Of a DNA stretch of 24,000 bases, positions 7,554 through 14,716 are shown in pieces. Within the stretch, counting starts at the first letter, position 1; every line of letters starts with the position of its first letter. The stretch comes from Erysipelotrichaceae bacterium OPF54 (GTDB lineage Bacteria; Bacillota_I; Bacilli_A; Erysipelotrichales; Erysipelotrichaceae). Made by a program: the position numbers and the translations under genes. The notes beneath the pieces are model-generated. The model worked only from the letters and a program-made list of their open reading frames with translations. It was not told the DNA's origin and did no database searches. The stretch is from the NCBI GenBank assembly GCA_022834735.1, contig BQKD01000001.1, positions 139,659 through 163,658 of the forward strand, read 5' to 3'.

Positions 7554-8618
7554 ATGACAGGCGACTGGCACAACCGGCTCATCCGCCAGGTCGAAACCAA
7601 TCAAAAGGAAATGCTGCAAGGTATCCTGGACATCGTATCGATCGACAGTACCCGAAGCGAAGCGTGCGCAAACAAGCCATTCGGGCCGGGCGTGGACCTT
7701 GCCCTCGAACAGACGCTGCAGCTGGCCCGATCGATGGGATTCGTGGTCGAAAATGTCGATCATTACGCTGGGATCGTCAAGTACGGAACAAGACCGGGAT
7801 GGGAAAGCGATGAGAAGTATATCGGTGTATTCGGCCATCTGGATGTAGTGCCCGCAAAAGGGCAGTGGACCACTCCCCCGTTCGAACCTTCCATCCGGAA
7901 TGGACGCATCTTTGCCCGCGGCATCCTCGACAACAAAGGGCCGATCCTGTCGTGCCTGTACGGTCTGTATGCCATCAAACAGCTCGGGCTCCCGCTCGCC
8001 CATCCGATCTGGATCGTATTCGGAACGAATGAAGAGACCGGGATGGCTGACATGGACCATTTCCTGAAAAAGAAACCGGCACCGATCGCCGGATGGACGC
8101 CGGACTGCAAGTATCCGGTCGTATACGCAGAACGTGGCCGTGCCGTATTCGAGACAGCGGCAGACACGTCATCGTTCACGCCGGAACAGTTCGGTCTCGA
8201 TATCACCGACCCTGAATTCGGACGGCTGGAATTCCGGCTCGACGAGGAGCACAAGCTCAAGGTCAGCTATCCGGCCAGCGTCGATCTCGAAACGATCGAA
8301 ACGAAAGTAAAAGAACACATCGACGCAACTCTTGTCGACAATATGCCGCCGGTGTTTTTCCCGAAAGAAGGCGTTCTCTGCCGCATTTTGAAGGAAACGT
8401 ATGAGCAGATGACAGGAATGGATGGCACGCCGGTCACGACAACTGGAGGCACGTATGCCAAAAAGGTGCCGAACATCGTGCCGTTCGGGCCAAGCTTTCC
8501 GGGACAGAAAGGGATCGCCCATCTGCCCGATGAATGGATGGATGTCGACGATCTCATGCAGAACGCGAAGATCTACGCGCTCAGCCTGTATCGTCTTGGA
8601 ATCGAGGAAACAGTATGA
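7554..8618 (+). CDS. M20-family metallo-dipeptidase (PepV/Sapep-like) with an unusually short lid region
   Basis: The motifs GHLDVVPA, W..PPF, GRIFARGILDNKGP, GTNEETG, TPDCKYPVVYAERG and the C-terminal GIAHLPDEW match the PepV clade. At 354 aa it is clearly shorter than the ~470 aa I recall for characterised PepV/Sapep. Confidence 0.8.
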   Translation: MTGDWHNRLIRQVETNQKEMLQGILDIVSIDSTRSEACANKPFGPGVDLALEQTLQLARSMGFVVENVDHYAGIVKYGTRPGWESDEKYIGVFGHLDVVPAKGQWTTPPFEPSIRNGRIFARGILDNKGPILSCLYGLYAIKQLGLPLAHPIWIVFGTNEETGMADMDHFLKKKPAPIAGWTPDCKYPVVYAERGRAVFETAADTSSFTPEQFGLDITDPEFGRLEFRLDEEHKLKVSYPASVDLETIETKVKEHIDATLVDNMPPVFFPKEGVLCRILKETYEQMTGMDGTPVTTTGGTYAKKVPNIVPFGPSFPGQKGIAHLPDEWMDVDDLMQNAKIYALSLYRLGIEETV

Positions 8619-9364
8619 ACGAAATAATAACGATCGAAGTGTGTGCCGGAAGCCTGGAAGACGCGCTGGCAGCCTATGAGGGCGGGGCACAACGGATTGA
8701 ACTCAACAGCGCGCTGAGTGTGGGCGGCTTATCGCCGTCTTTGTATGCGCTGACTGAAACAAAAAAACGGACAAGCCTGGAAGTCATCTGCATGGTGCGC
8801 CCAAGAGCAGCGGGCTTCTGCTATTCGGAAATCGAAAAGAATGTCATGATCGAAGAAGCAAAGTGTTTCCTTGAGCACGGAGCGGACGGGATCGCGTTCG
8901 GATTTTTGAACGCCGACCGCACGATCGATACACAATGGACAAAAAAGATGGTCGAGCTGATCCACAGCTATGAAAAGACGGCAGTGTTTCACCGGGCGGT
9001 CGATGTAGTCTCTGATTATGAGTCTGCTTTTGAAACGCTCGTTGATCTCGGTGTGGACCGGGTCCTGACAAGCGGCACGCACGCCAAGGCAATCGATGGA
9101 GCCGACCGTATCCAGGCTATGCAGGAAAGATTTGCAGATCAGATCGAGATCCTGCCAGGATCAGGGGTCAATGCGCAAAATGCGCGCAGCCTGATCGAAC
9201 GCACAGGGACGGATCAGGTGCATTCCTCGTGCAAAGGGTATCGCGCCGATCCGACAACGAGCGGCAGCCGCGTGTCGTATGCCTATCTTTCGGACGGGCA
9301 TGAAAACGAGTATGACATTGTCGAAGTTTCCAGGGTGCGCGCACTTGTGGAAGCCGTAAAATAA
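8615..9364 (+). CDS. cutC: CutC-family TIM-barrel protein
   Basis: MNEIITIEVCAGSLEDALAAYEGGAQRIELNSAL..GGLSPS and LTSG are typical CutC signatures. The start overlaps the M20 stop (ATGA). The ORF-track start at 8534 is an upstream extension. Confidence 0.85.
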   Translation: MNEIITIEVCAGSLEDALAAYEGGAQRIELNSALSVGGLSPSLYALTETKKRTSLEVICMVRPRAAGFCYSEIEKNVMIEEAKCFLEHGADGIAFGFLNADRTIDTQWTKKMVELIHSYEKTAVFHRAVDVVSDYESAFETLVDLGVDRVLTSGTHAKAIDGADRIQAMQERFADQIEILPGSGVNAQNARSLIERTGTDQVHSSCKGYRADPTTSGSRVSYAYLSDGHENEYDIVEVSRVRALVEAVK

Positions 9365-9384
9365 GAACGGAAAGAAGAAACGTG

Positions 9385-9415
9385 TTCACTGCCAGAATGC
9401 GTTTTTTTGTATAAT
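9385..9415 (+). promoter_or_regulatory. Candidate sigma-A type promoter for the Crp/Fnr gene
   Basis: TTCACT (9385-9390) is followed after 19 nt by TATAAT (9410-9415). The GGAGGGGAG RBS and the ATG at 9449 lie downstream. Confidence 0.3.
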
Positions 9416-9448
9416 AATACAAGCAAAACGGAGGGGAGAAACATACGT

Positions 9449-10108
9449 ATGAACTATTTAAGCTATATTCCGGTCTTTGATCATCTGGCCCGATCCGAAC
9501 AGGAACGGCTGAGCCAGGCCTCTTTTATTCGAAAATTCAGAAAAAACGAGATCCTGCATAACGGTTCGCAGGACTGTACCGGACTTGTTCTTGTATTGTC
9601 AGGCCAGCTTCGGGTCTTTACGATATCCGAGGAAGGCCGGGAAATCACGATGTATCGTCTTTTCGAACGCGATCTTTGTCTTTTTTCGGCTTCCTGTATC
9701 ATACACAGCATTCAGTTTGATATGACCGTTTCGGCCGAAAAGGATGCCGAAGTTCTTATGATCCCTTCAGAAGCCTATAAAAGCGTCATGGAAGTTTCCG
9801 CGCCGCTGGCCAATTACACAAACGAAGTGATGGCAAGCCGCTTTTCGGACGTCATGTGGCTGATCGATCAGATCCTGTGGAAAAGTTTTGATAAAAGACT
9901 GGCTGGCTTTCTTTTGGAGGAGATGGATATCGAAGAAACGGATACGCTCAGGATCACGCATGAAGCGATCGGCAATCATCTGGGAAATCCGCGGGAAGTC
10001 GTGACCCGCATGCTGAAATACTTTGTGAATGAAAATCTGATCTCGCTCTCGCGCGGAACCATTGAGATCAAAGACAGAGGGGGCCTTCAAAAGATCGCGG
10101 GAAAGTAA
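9449..10108 (+). CDS. Crp/Fnr-family transcriptional regulator
   Basis: A cyclic-nucleotide-binding-like beta-roll (GLVLVLSGQLRVFTISEEGREITMYRL) is followed by a C-terminal HTH (ITHEAIGNHLGNPREVVTRMLK). No N-terminal Cys cluster is present. The ATG at 9449 has an RBS, whereas the TTG at 9407 lies inside the promoter. Confidence 0.85.
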   Translation: MNYLSYIPVFDHLARSEQERLSQASFIRKFRKNEILHNGSQDCTGLVLVLSGQLRVFTISEEGREITMYRLFERDLCLFSASCIIHSIQFDMTVSAEKDAEVLMIPSEAYKSVMEVSAPLANYTNEVMASRFSDVMWLIDQILWKSFDKRLAGFLLEEMDIEETDTLRITHEAIGNHLGNPREVVTRMLKYFVNENLISLSRGTIEIKDRGGLQKIAGK

Positions 10109-10145
10109 AAGCGCCGGATCCTGAAAACAGGACACAGCGCTTTTT
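10107..10145. terminator. Bidirectional terminator candidate between the convergent Crp/Fnr and CoADR genes
   Basis: An outer GCGC/GCGC stem (10111-10114 with 10137-10140) encloses an inner TCCTG/CAGGA stem (10119-10123 with 10128-10132). AAAA and TTTTT flank the structure. Confidence 0.5.
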
Positions 10146-10194
10146 ACTGTAGAGAGGTTAGTTAGAGTTTGTTTGAGTTTATTCGAGTTCACTT

Positions 10195-11886
10195 TTACTG
10201 ATCCATCCCGCATGGGGAAGATCTTTTGCTGAGTTCCTTTTCGCTGCGGACCGCTTCATAGAACCGGTACCCTCCGGCGAAGTTGTAAGCATCCAATCCA
10301 TGACCGCTCAGGATCCGGCACGCAATATAGCTTCGTAATCCGCTCTGGCACATCACATACACCGGCTTGTCCGTATCGAGCTCATCGAGACGTCCGCGCA
10401 GCTCGTCGACCGGAATATGGATAAAGCCGTTTATATGGCCTGCATTGAATTCAGCAGGCGTGCGTGTATCAAGGAGCGTGACCTTTCCGCTTTTCAGAAG
10501 GGGCCCGAGATCCTCGTAGTACCATTGTTTCACGAGTCCGTTTTTTATATTTTCGATCATGAAGCCAGCCATGTTGACCGGATCCTTCGCCGAAGAATAG
10601 GGCGGAGCGTAGGCAAGATCAAGTTCGGAAAGATCATATGCCTTCATTCCGGCACGGATCGCTGCCGCCAGCACATCGATCCGTTTATCGACTCCGCTGT
10701 ATCCTGCGATCTGCGCGCCAAGCAGATGATAGGTATCCTTTTCGAACAGCACTTTCAAGGTCATGAGTTCGCCGCCTGGATAATATCCGGCATGATTCAT
10801 AGGCGACAGGATCACTTTGCCGTACTCTATACCAAGCGCATTGGCGGTCTTTTCATTGATGCCCGTGGCCGCCGCTGTCATATCGAAAAGCTTGATCACA
10901 GACGAGCCCTGGCCACCTTTGTAATGGCTGTCCAGACCGCAAATCGTATCGGCAGCGATCCGGCCCTGCTTGTTGGCCGGTCCGGCAAGAGAAATGAGAG
11001 TGTCCTGCCCGGTCACAAAATTTCTGATCTGCACCGCATCGCCGACAGCATAAATATCAGGAACGGAAGTTTCCATTTGATCATTGACCACGATCGCGTC
11101 TTTGATTCCGAGTTCCAGACCAGCTTCTTTGGCAAGCGTCGTTTCAGGCGCTACGCCAATCGCCATGATCACCATGTCCGTATGGAGGGCGGGTGTGTTT
11201 TTAAGCTTCACCTCCATATGGTCTTCGTGATCGGCAAAGCCCTGTACCATCGTATCGAGCATCAGATGGATGCTGTTTCTGCGGACCTGCGCGTGAATCA
11301 AGGAGGCCATGTCCTTGTCGAACGGGGCCATGAGCTGATCAGACGCTTCCACAAGCGTCACATCAAGACCGAGATCACGCAGATTTTCTGCCATCTCGAT
11401 CCCGATGAATCCTCCGCCAACGATCACAGCAGAAGCTGGTCGTCTGGAATCTATGTAGTTTTTGATCTTCAATGTGTCCTCGACTGTTCGGATCGTAAAC
11501 ACTTTGCCGCTGTCCATGCCTTCAAACGGAGGGGTGATCGGTCTGGCGCCTGGCGAAAGCAGCAGCTTGTCATAACTTTCCTTAAAAAACTGTCCGGTTT
11601 CCACATTTTTAACGGCCACTGTTTTTGTTTCGGGATGGATGGCTGTTACTTCATGATGCACGTGCACATCAATGTTGAAACGGTCCTGGAAGCTTTGGGG
11701 TGTCTGCAAGGTCAGCTCCTTTTCGTCTTCGATCGTGCTGCCAATATAATACGGCAGTCCGCAGTTTGCGTAGGAAATGAATCCGGACCGCTCAAAGACA
11801 ACGATTTCTGCCTGTTCGTCAAGTCGGCGTATTCTTGCGGCTGCTGTCGCGCCGCCGGCCACGCCCCCTACAATGATCACTTTCAT
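10195..11886 (-). CDS. CoA-disulfide / CoA-persulfide reductase-like flavoprotein with a C-terminal rhodanese domain (CoADR-RHD)
   Basis: MKVIIVGGVAGGATAAARIRR is an FAD-binding GxGxxG motif. ISYANCGLPYYIG carries the redox Cys. A second dinucleotide fold is visible (AVIVGGGFIGIEMAE). The C-terminal rhodanese active-site loop is VYVMCQSGLRS. Confidence 0.9.
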   Translation of the reverse strand: MKVIIVGGVAGGATAAARIRRLDEQAEIVVFERSGFISYANCGLPYYIGSTIEDEKELTLQTPQSFQDRFNIDVHVHHEVTAIHPETKTVAVKNVETGQFFKESYDKLLLSPGARPITPPFEGMDSGKVFTIRTVEDTLKIKNYIDSRRPASAVIVGGGFIGIEMAENLRDLGLDVTLVEASDQLMAPFDKDMASLIHAQVRRNSIHLMLDTMVQGFADHEDHMEVKLKNTPALHTDMVIMAIGVAPETTLAKEAGLELGIKDAIVVNDQMETSVPDIYAVGDAVQIRNFVTGQDTLISLAGPANKQGRIAADTICGLDSHYKGGQGSSVIKLFDMTAAATGINEKTANALGIEYGKVILSPMNHAGYYPGGELMTLKVLFEKDTYHLLGAQIAGYSGVDKRIDVLAAAIRAGMKAYDLSELDLAYAPPYSSAKDPVNMAGFMIENIKNGLVKQWYYEDLGPLLKSGKVTLLDTRTPAEFNAGHINGFIHIPVDELRGRLDELDTDKPVYVMCQSGLRSYIACRILSGHGLDAYNFAGGYRFYEAVRSEKELSKRSSPCGMDQ

Positions 11887-12210
11887 CTATCTCATCGCCT
11901 TTCCTTTGTAGCGGCTGATCCCGCCAATGTTTTCTGCTTTCACGAAGCCGGCTTGCGTTAAATAGGAAACGGCCTGCCGGCTTCTTGCTCCGCTCTGGCA
12001 ATATACGTAAAGCGGGGTGTTTTTGTCTTTGATCTTTTTGTCGATCGTAGAGATTTTATCAAGAGGAATATTGATGCTGCCTTCGATATGTCCGCTCCGG
12101 TATTCCGGCGGTGTCCGCACATCCAGAAGAACGGCTTGTGGATCGGCTTTGTATTTGCTGACACCGGAATTGATGTCTGTACCTGCGCCTAAAAAATTAA
12201 ACAGTCCCAT
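11887..12210 (-). CDS. Single-domain rhodanese (sulfurtransferase)
   Basis: The 107-aa protein contains LLDVRTPPEYRSGHIEGSINIP and the active-site loop YVYCQSGARS. Its stop codon directly abuts the CoADR start. Confidence 0.85.
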   Translation of the reverse strand: MGLFNFLGAGTDINSGVSKYKADPQAVLLDVRTPPEYRSGHIEGSINIPLDKISTIDKKIKDKNTPLYVYCQSGARSRQAVSYLTQAGFVKAENIGGISRYKGKAMR

Positions 12211-12217
12211 TTTTTCC

Positions 12218-12523
12218 TCACAGCAGCTGTTCGATCTGGCTTTTCGGCCGATATCCCGTAACCCGGTTTTCCATTTTTCCGTTTCTGATCACGGCAAGAG
12301 TCGGGATCCCTGCCACCTGGAACCGTGCGGCCAGTTCCGGCTGTTCGTCCACGTTGATCTTGCCCACTTTGATGTCGCTTCTCTCTTTTGCGATTTCTGC
12401 AATAACGGGTCCAAGCATGCGGCATGGACCGCACCAGTCGGCATAGAAGTCGAGAAGCACAGGCTGGGGGCACCGGATCACTTCATCTATAATATTTTCT
12501 TTTGTGATTTGAATTTCAGACAT
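12218..12523 (-). CDS. trxA: Thioredoxin
   Basis: The 101-aa protein has the WCGPC active site, VGKINVDE and GIPTL. A GAAAGGAG RBS is present. Confidence 0.9.
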   Translation of the reverse strand: MSEIQITKENIIDEVIRCPQPVLLDFYADWCGPCRMLGPVIAEIAKERSDIKVGKINVDEQPELAARFQVAGIPTLAVIRNGKMENRVTGYRPKSQIEQLL

Positions 12524-12555
12524 TTGTTTGTTCTCCTTTCAGTTATCATGTCTTC

Positions 12556-12561
12556 ATTATA
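12556..12561 (-). promoter_or_regulatory. Candidate -10 box (TATAAT on the minus strand) for the trxA-rhodanese-CoADR operon
   Basis: The plus-strand ATTATA at 12556-12561 reads TATAAT on the minus strand. No good -35 box is present. The palindrome centre at 12590 would sit near -41 relative to the inferred start. Confidence 0.4.
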
Positions 12562-12571
12562 ATTGTCGATC

Positions 12572-12674
12572 CGCTCTTGTTCTGTGACATTGTCACGTAA
12601 TTCGTTTGTTTATTGTGATGTATCGCTCTTGTTCTTTGACATTGTCGCGTAATTCGTTTGTTTATTGTGATGTA
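12572..12674. repeat. Tandem direct duplication, two 51-nt copies with a 52-bp period
   Basis: Copy 1 (12572-12622) and copy 2 (12624-12674) read CGCTCTTGTTCT(G/T)TGACATTGTC(A/G)CGTAATTCGTTTGTTTATTGTGATGTA. They differ at only two positions, 12584/12636 and 12595/12647. Confidence 0.9.
12584..12596. promoter_or_regulatory. Perfect palindrome GTGACA-T-TGTCAC, a candidate operator; a degenerate second copy lies at 12636-12648
   Basis: This is a direct reading of the sequence. The copy-2 version is TTGACA-T-TGTCGC. Confidence 0.45.
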
Positions 12675-12678
12675 TAAT
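12673..12678 (+). promoter_or_regulatory. Candidate -10 box (TATAAT) for the VTC-DUF4956-CotH operon
   Basis: TATAAT lies at the 3' edge of repeat copy 2. No -35 match is seen. The copy-2 palindrome centre (12642) would sit near -43. Confidence 0.4.
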
Positions 12679-12780
12679 GCGTTTCTGGCATCGCAGGAGC
12701 ATCCGATAAGTAAACTGAGAAGATGCCTGTTAGACTGATTTTAAGAAAAGAGAAAAGATCATAAGCAAAGGAGGGGTGTT

Positions 12781-13482
12781 ATGAACACAGTGATGAGACA
12801 GGAAAAAAAATATCTGATCGACCGCGTGAAGATGGTAGAGCTCAAATCGTATTTTTCACATTTTCTTACGCTCGACCCCCACACAAAAAACGGAACGTAC
12901 CGCGTACGCAGCCTGTATTTCGATTCGATCGACGACCGGGACTATCATGAAAAGGAGGAAGGGATCGAGCTGCGGCGCAAGATCCGCCTGCGCATTTATG
13001 ATCCTGACAGCCCGTATGCGATGCTCGAAATGAAGAAGAAGGAAGGCAGCAGCCAGCAGAAGCGTTCGATGGCCATGTCGCGTCAGGATGCCGAAGAGCT
13101 GATCGGCGGACGGTATGATGTGCTGCTCCAGTACGATACGCCTTTTGCCAAAGAGTGCTATGTCGTCATGAACATGCATCTTTACCGTCCCCGCTCGATC
13201 GTGGAGTACGAGCGGATTGCGTATTGCGGGCCGGCCAATAATATCCGCATCACTTTCGATCATGATATCCGTTCGACCGAAACCGACTTCGACCTGTTTT
13301 CGAAAAATCTGAATCTGTATCCGGTTTTCGGACAGGACCGGGTCGTTCTCGAGGTCAAATACAACGGGTATTTGTTCAGTCCGATCAAGATGGCGCTGCA
13401 GAGCTGCGATCACAGCGAAGTGTCGGTCGGAAAGTACAGCCTGAGCCGCTCTGCCGGCCTGCACTATATTTATCAACTATAG
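12781..13482 (+). CDS. VTC-domain protein (polyphosphate-polymerase-like triphosphate tunnel fold)
   Basis: The 233-aa protein starts MRQEKKYLI, an E-x-K type tunnel motif. It also has YRVRSLYFDS, ELRRKIRLRIY, LEMKKK, VVLEVKYNG and KYS. It is soluble, with no TM segment. An AAAGGAGGGG RBS is present. Confidence 0.85.
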   Translation: MNTVMRQEKKYLIDRVKMVELKSYFSHFLTLDPHTKNGTYRVRSLYFDSIDDRDYHEKEEGIELRRKIRLRIYDPDSPYAMLEMKKKEGSSQQKRSMAMSRQDAEELIGGRYDVLLQYDTPFAKECYVVMNMHLYRPRSIVEYERIAYCGPANNIRITFDHDIRSTETDFDLFSKNLNLYPVFGQDRVVLEVKYNGYLFSPIKMALQSCDHSEVSVGKYSLSRSAGLHYIYQL

Positions 13483-13539
13483 GCAAGAAGACTCCCACCT
13501 CTATAGGTGAAAGATGAATTGCTAAGCTCAGTTTTTCTA

Positions 13540-13568
13540 TGGATAAAGATATAAAAATGCAGTATAAT
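13540..13568 (+). promoter_or_regulatory. Candidate promoter for tnpB inside the left end
   Basis: TGGATA (13540-13545) is followed after 17 nt by TATAAT (13563-13568). A GAGGAGG RBS lies at 13584-13590. Confidence 0.35.
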
Positions 13569-13597
13569 GAAATCAGGGAAAGTGAGGAGGAAACGAT

Positions 13598-14716
13598 ATG
13601 CCGAACAAAGCCTGCAAATTCAGACTCTATCCAACGCCAGCACAGAAGATCCTCCTTGCAAAGACATTCGGCTGTGTCCGCCTTGTCTACAACCATTGGC
13701 TCGATCGAAAGATCAGCCAATACAAAGAAGATCAGACAACCTTGAGTTACACTTTCTGTGCCAAAGAGCTGGCTGTACTGAAGAAAACAGAAGAGTCCGC
13801 CTTCCTGAAGGAAGTCGACAGCATTTCTCTGCAGCAGTCGCTCCGCCATCTGGATCAGGCCTTCCAGAACTTCTTCAAACGGCCCGGAACAGGATTTCCA
13901 CGATTCAAATCCAAAAGAAACAGAAAGAACAGCTATTCGACCGTCTGCGTCAATCAGAACATTCTCCTGTCCGACGGCTGTTTGAAACTGCCAAAGATCG
14001 GACAGGTCAAGGTGAAACAGCATCGGGAGATTCCTGAATCGTATGTTCTCAAGTCGGTGACTGTAAGCCAGAGCCCGAGCGGAAAGTATCATGCAAGCAT
14101 TTCGTTCGAGTACGAAAACCAAGTATCGGAAAGAAAGCCGCACACTTTCCTTGGACTCGACTTCTCGATGAACAGACTGTACAAAGACAGCGAAGGAAAC
14201 GAAGCAGAGTATCCTAAGTATCACAGGCAAGCGGAAAAGAAATTGAAACGGGAACAGCGCAAGCTGTCGCACATGCAGAAAGGCTCCAGAAACTGGGAGA
14301 AACAGCGGATCAAGGTCGCAAAGCTGCATGAAAAGGTTGCCAATCAAAGAAAGGATTTTCTGCATAAGCGATCAAGAGAGATTGTCAATGCGTATGACTG
14401 CGTCTGCATAGAAGACCTGGATATGAAAGCGATGGCAAGATCGCTGCATTTTGGCAAATCGGTTCATGACAACGGATGGGGCATGTTCACTGCTTTCCTG
14501 AAGTACAAACTGGAAGAAGAGGGAAAACAGCTGATCCGGATCGACAAATGGTTTCCTTCGAGCCAGACCTGCTCAGTATGCGGGTATAAGAATCCGGAAA
14601 TAAAAGATCTCGGCATGCGGGAATGGGACTGCCCTCGATGCAAAAGCCATCACGATCGGGATCTCAATGCGGCAATCAATATAAGAAAGGAAGGCATGCG
14701 GATCGTAATGGCATAG
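13598..14716 (+). CDS. tnpB: TnpB (IS200/IS605 OrfB) RNA-guided endonuclease-type protein
   Basis: MPNKACKFRLYPTPAQKILLAKTFGCVRLVYNHWL is a typical OrfB N-terminus. The RuvC-like acidic residues lie in LGLDFSM, CIEDLDMK and HDRDLNAAINI. A zinc ribbon is present (CSVCGYKN...CPRCKSHH). Confidence 0.92.
   Translation: MPNKACKFRLYPTPAQKILLAKTFGCVRLVYNHWLDRKISQYKEDQTTLSYTFCAKELAVLKKTEESAFLKEVDSISLQQSLRHLDQAFQNFFKRPGTGFPRFKSKRNRKNSYSTVCVNQNILLSDGCLKLPKIGQVKVKQHREIPESYVLKSVTVSQSPSGKYHASISFEYENQVSERKPHTFLGLDFSMNRLYKDSEGNEAEYPKYHRQAEKKLKREQRKLSHMQKGSRNWEKQRIKVAKLHEKVANQRKDFLHKRSREIVNAYDCVCIEDLDMKAMARSLHFGKSVHDNGWGMFTAFLKYKLEEEGKQLIRIDKWFPSSQTCSVCGYKNPEIKDLGMREWDCPRCKSHHDRDLNAAINIRKEGMRIVMA

Noticed and set aside
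10146-10194. A G/T-rich quasi-repetitive stretch (GTTAGTTAGAGTTTGTTTGAGTTTATTCGAGTT) downstream of the CoADR gene.
   Set aside because: It contains only short imperfect GAGTTT-like reiterations in a 3' untranslated spacer. It has no symmetry and no match elsewhere in the window.
12583-12597. Reading the palindrome as a canonical CRP site (TGTGA-N6-TCACA) or as a Rex, Fnr or PhoP box.
   Set aside because: The spacing between GTGA and TCAC is 5 nt rather than 6. It does not match TTGAT-N4-ATCAA or the Rex consensus, and no 11-bp-phased TTAACA-like repeats are present. It is kept only as a generic Crp/Fnr-family-like candidate.
12679-12780. A possible riboswitch (for example c-di-GMP or a phosphate-related leader) in the ~100-nt 5' UTR of the VTC operon, including a GGCATC...GATGCC hairpin.
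   Set aside because: I could recognise no conserved riboswitch core sequence, such as GEMM-type motifs. The region is short and contains only a single weak hairpin with a large loop. A covariance-model scan would be needed to revisit this.
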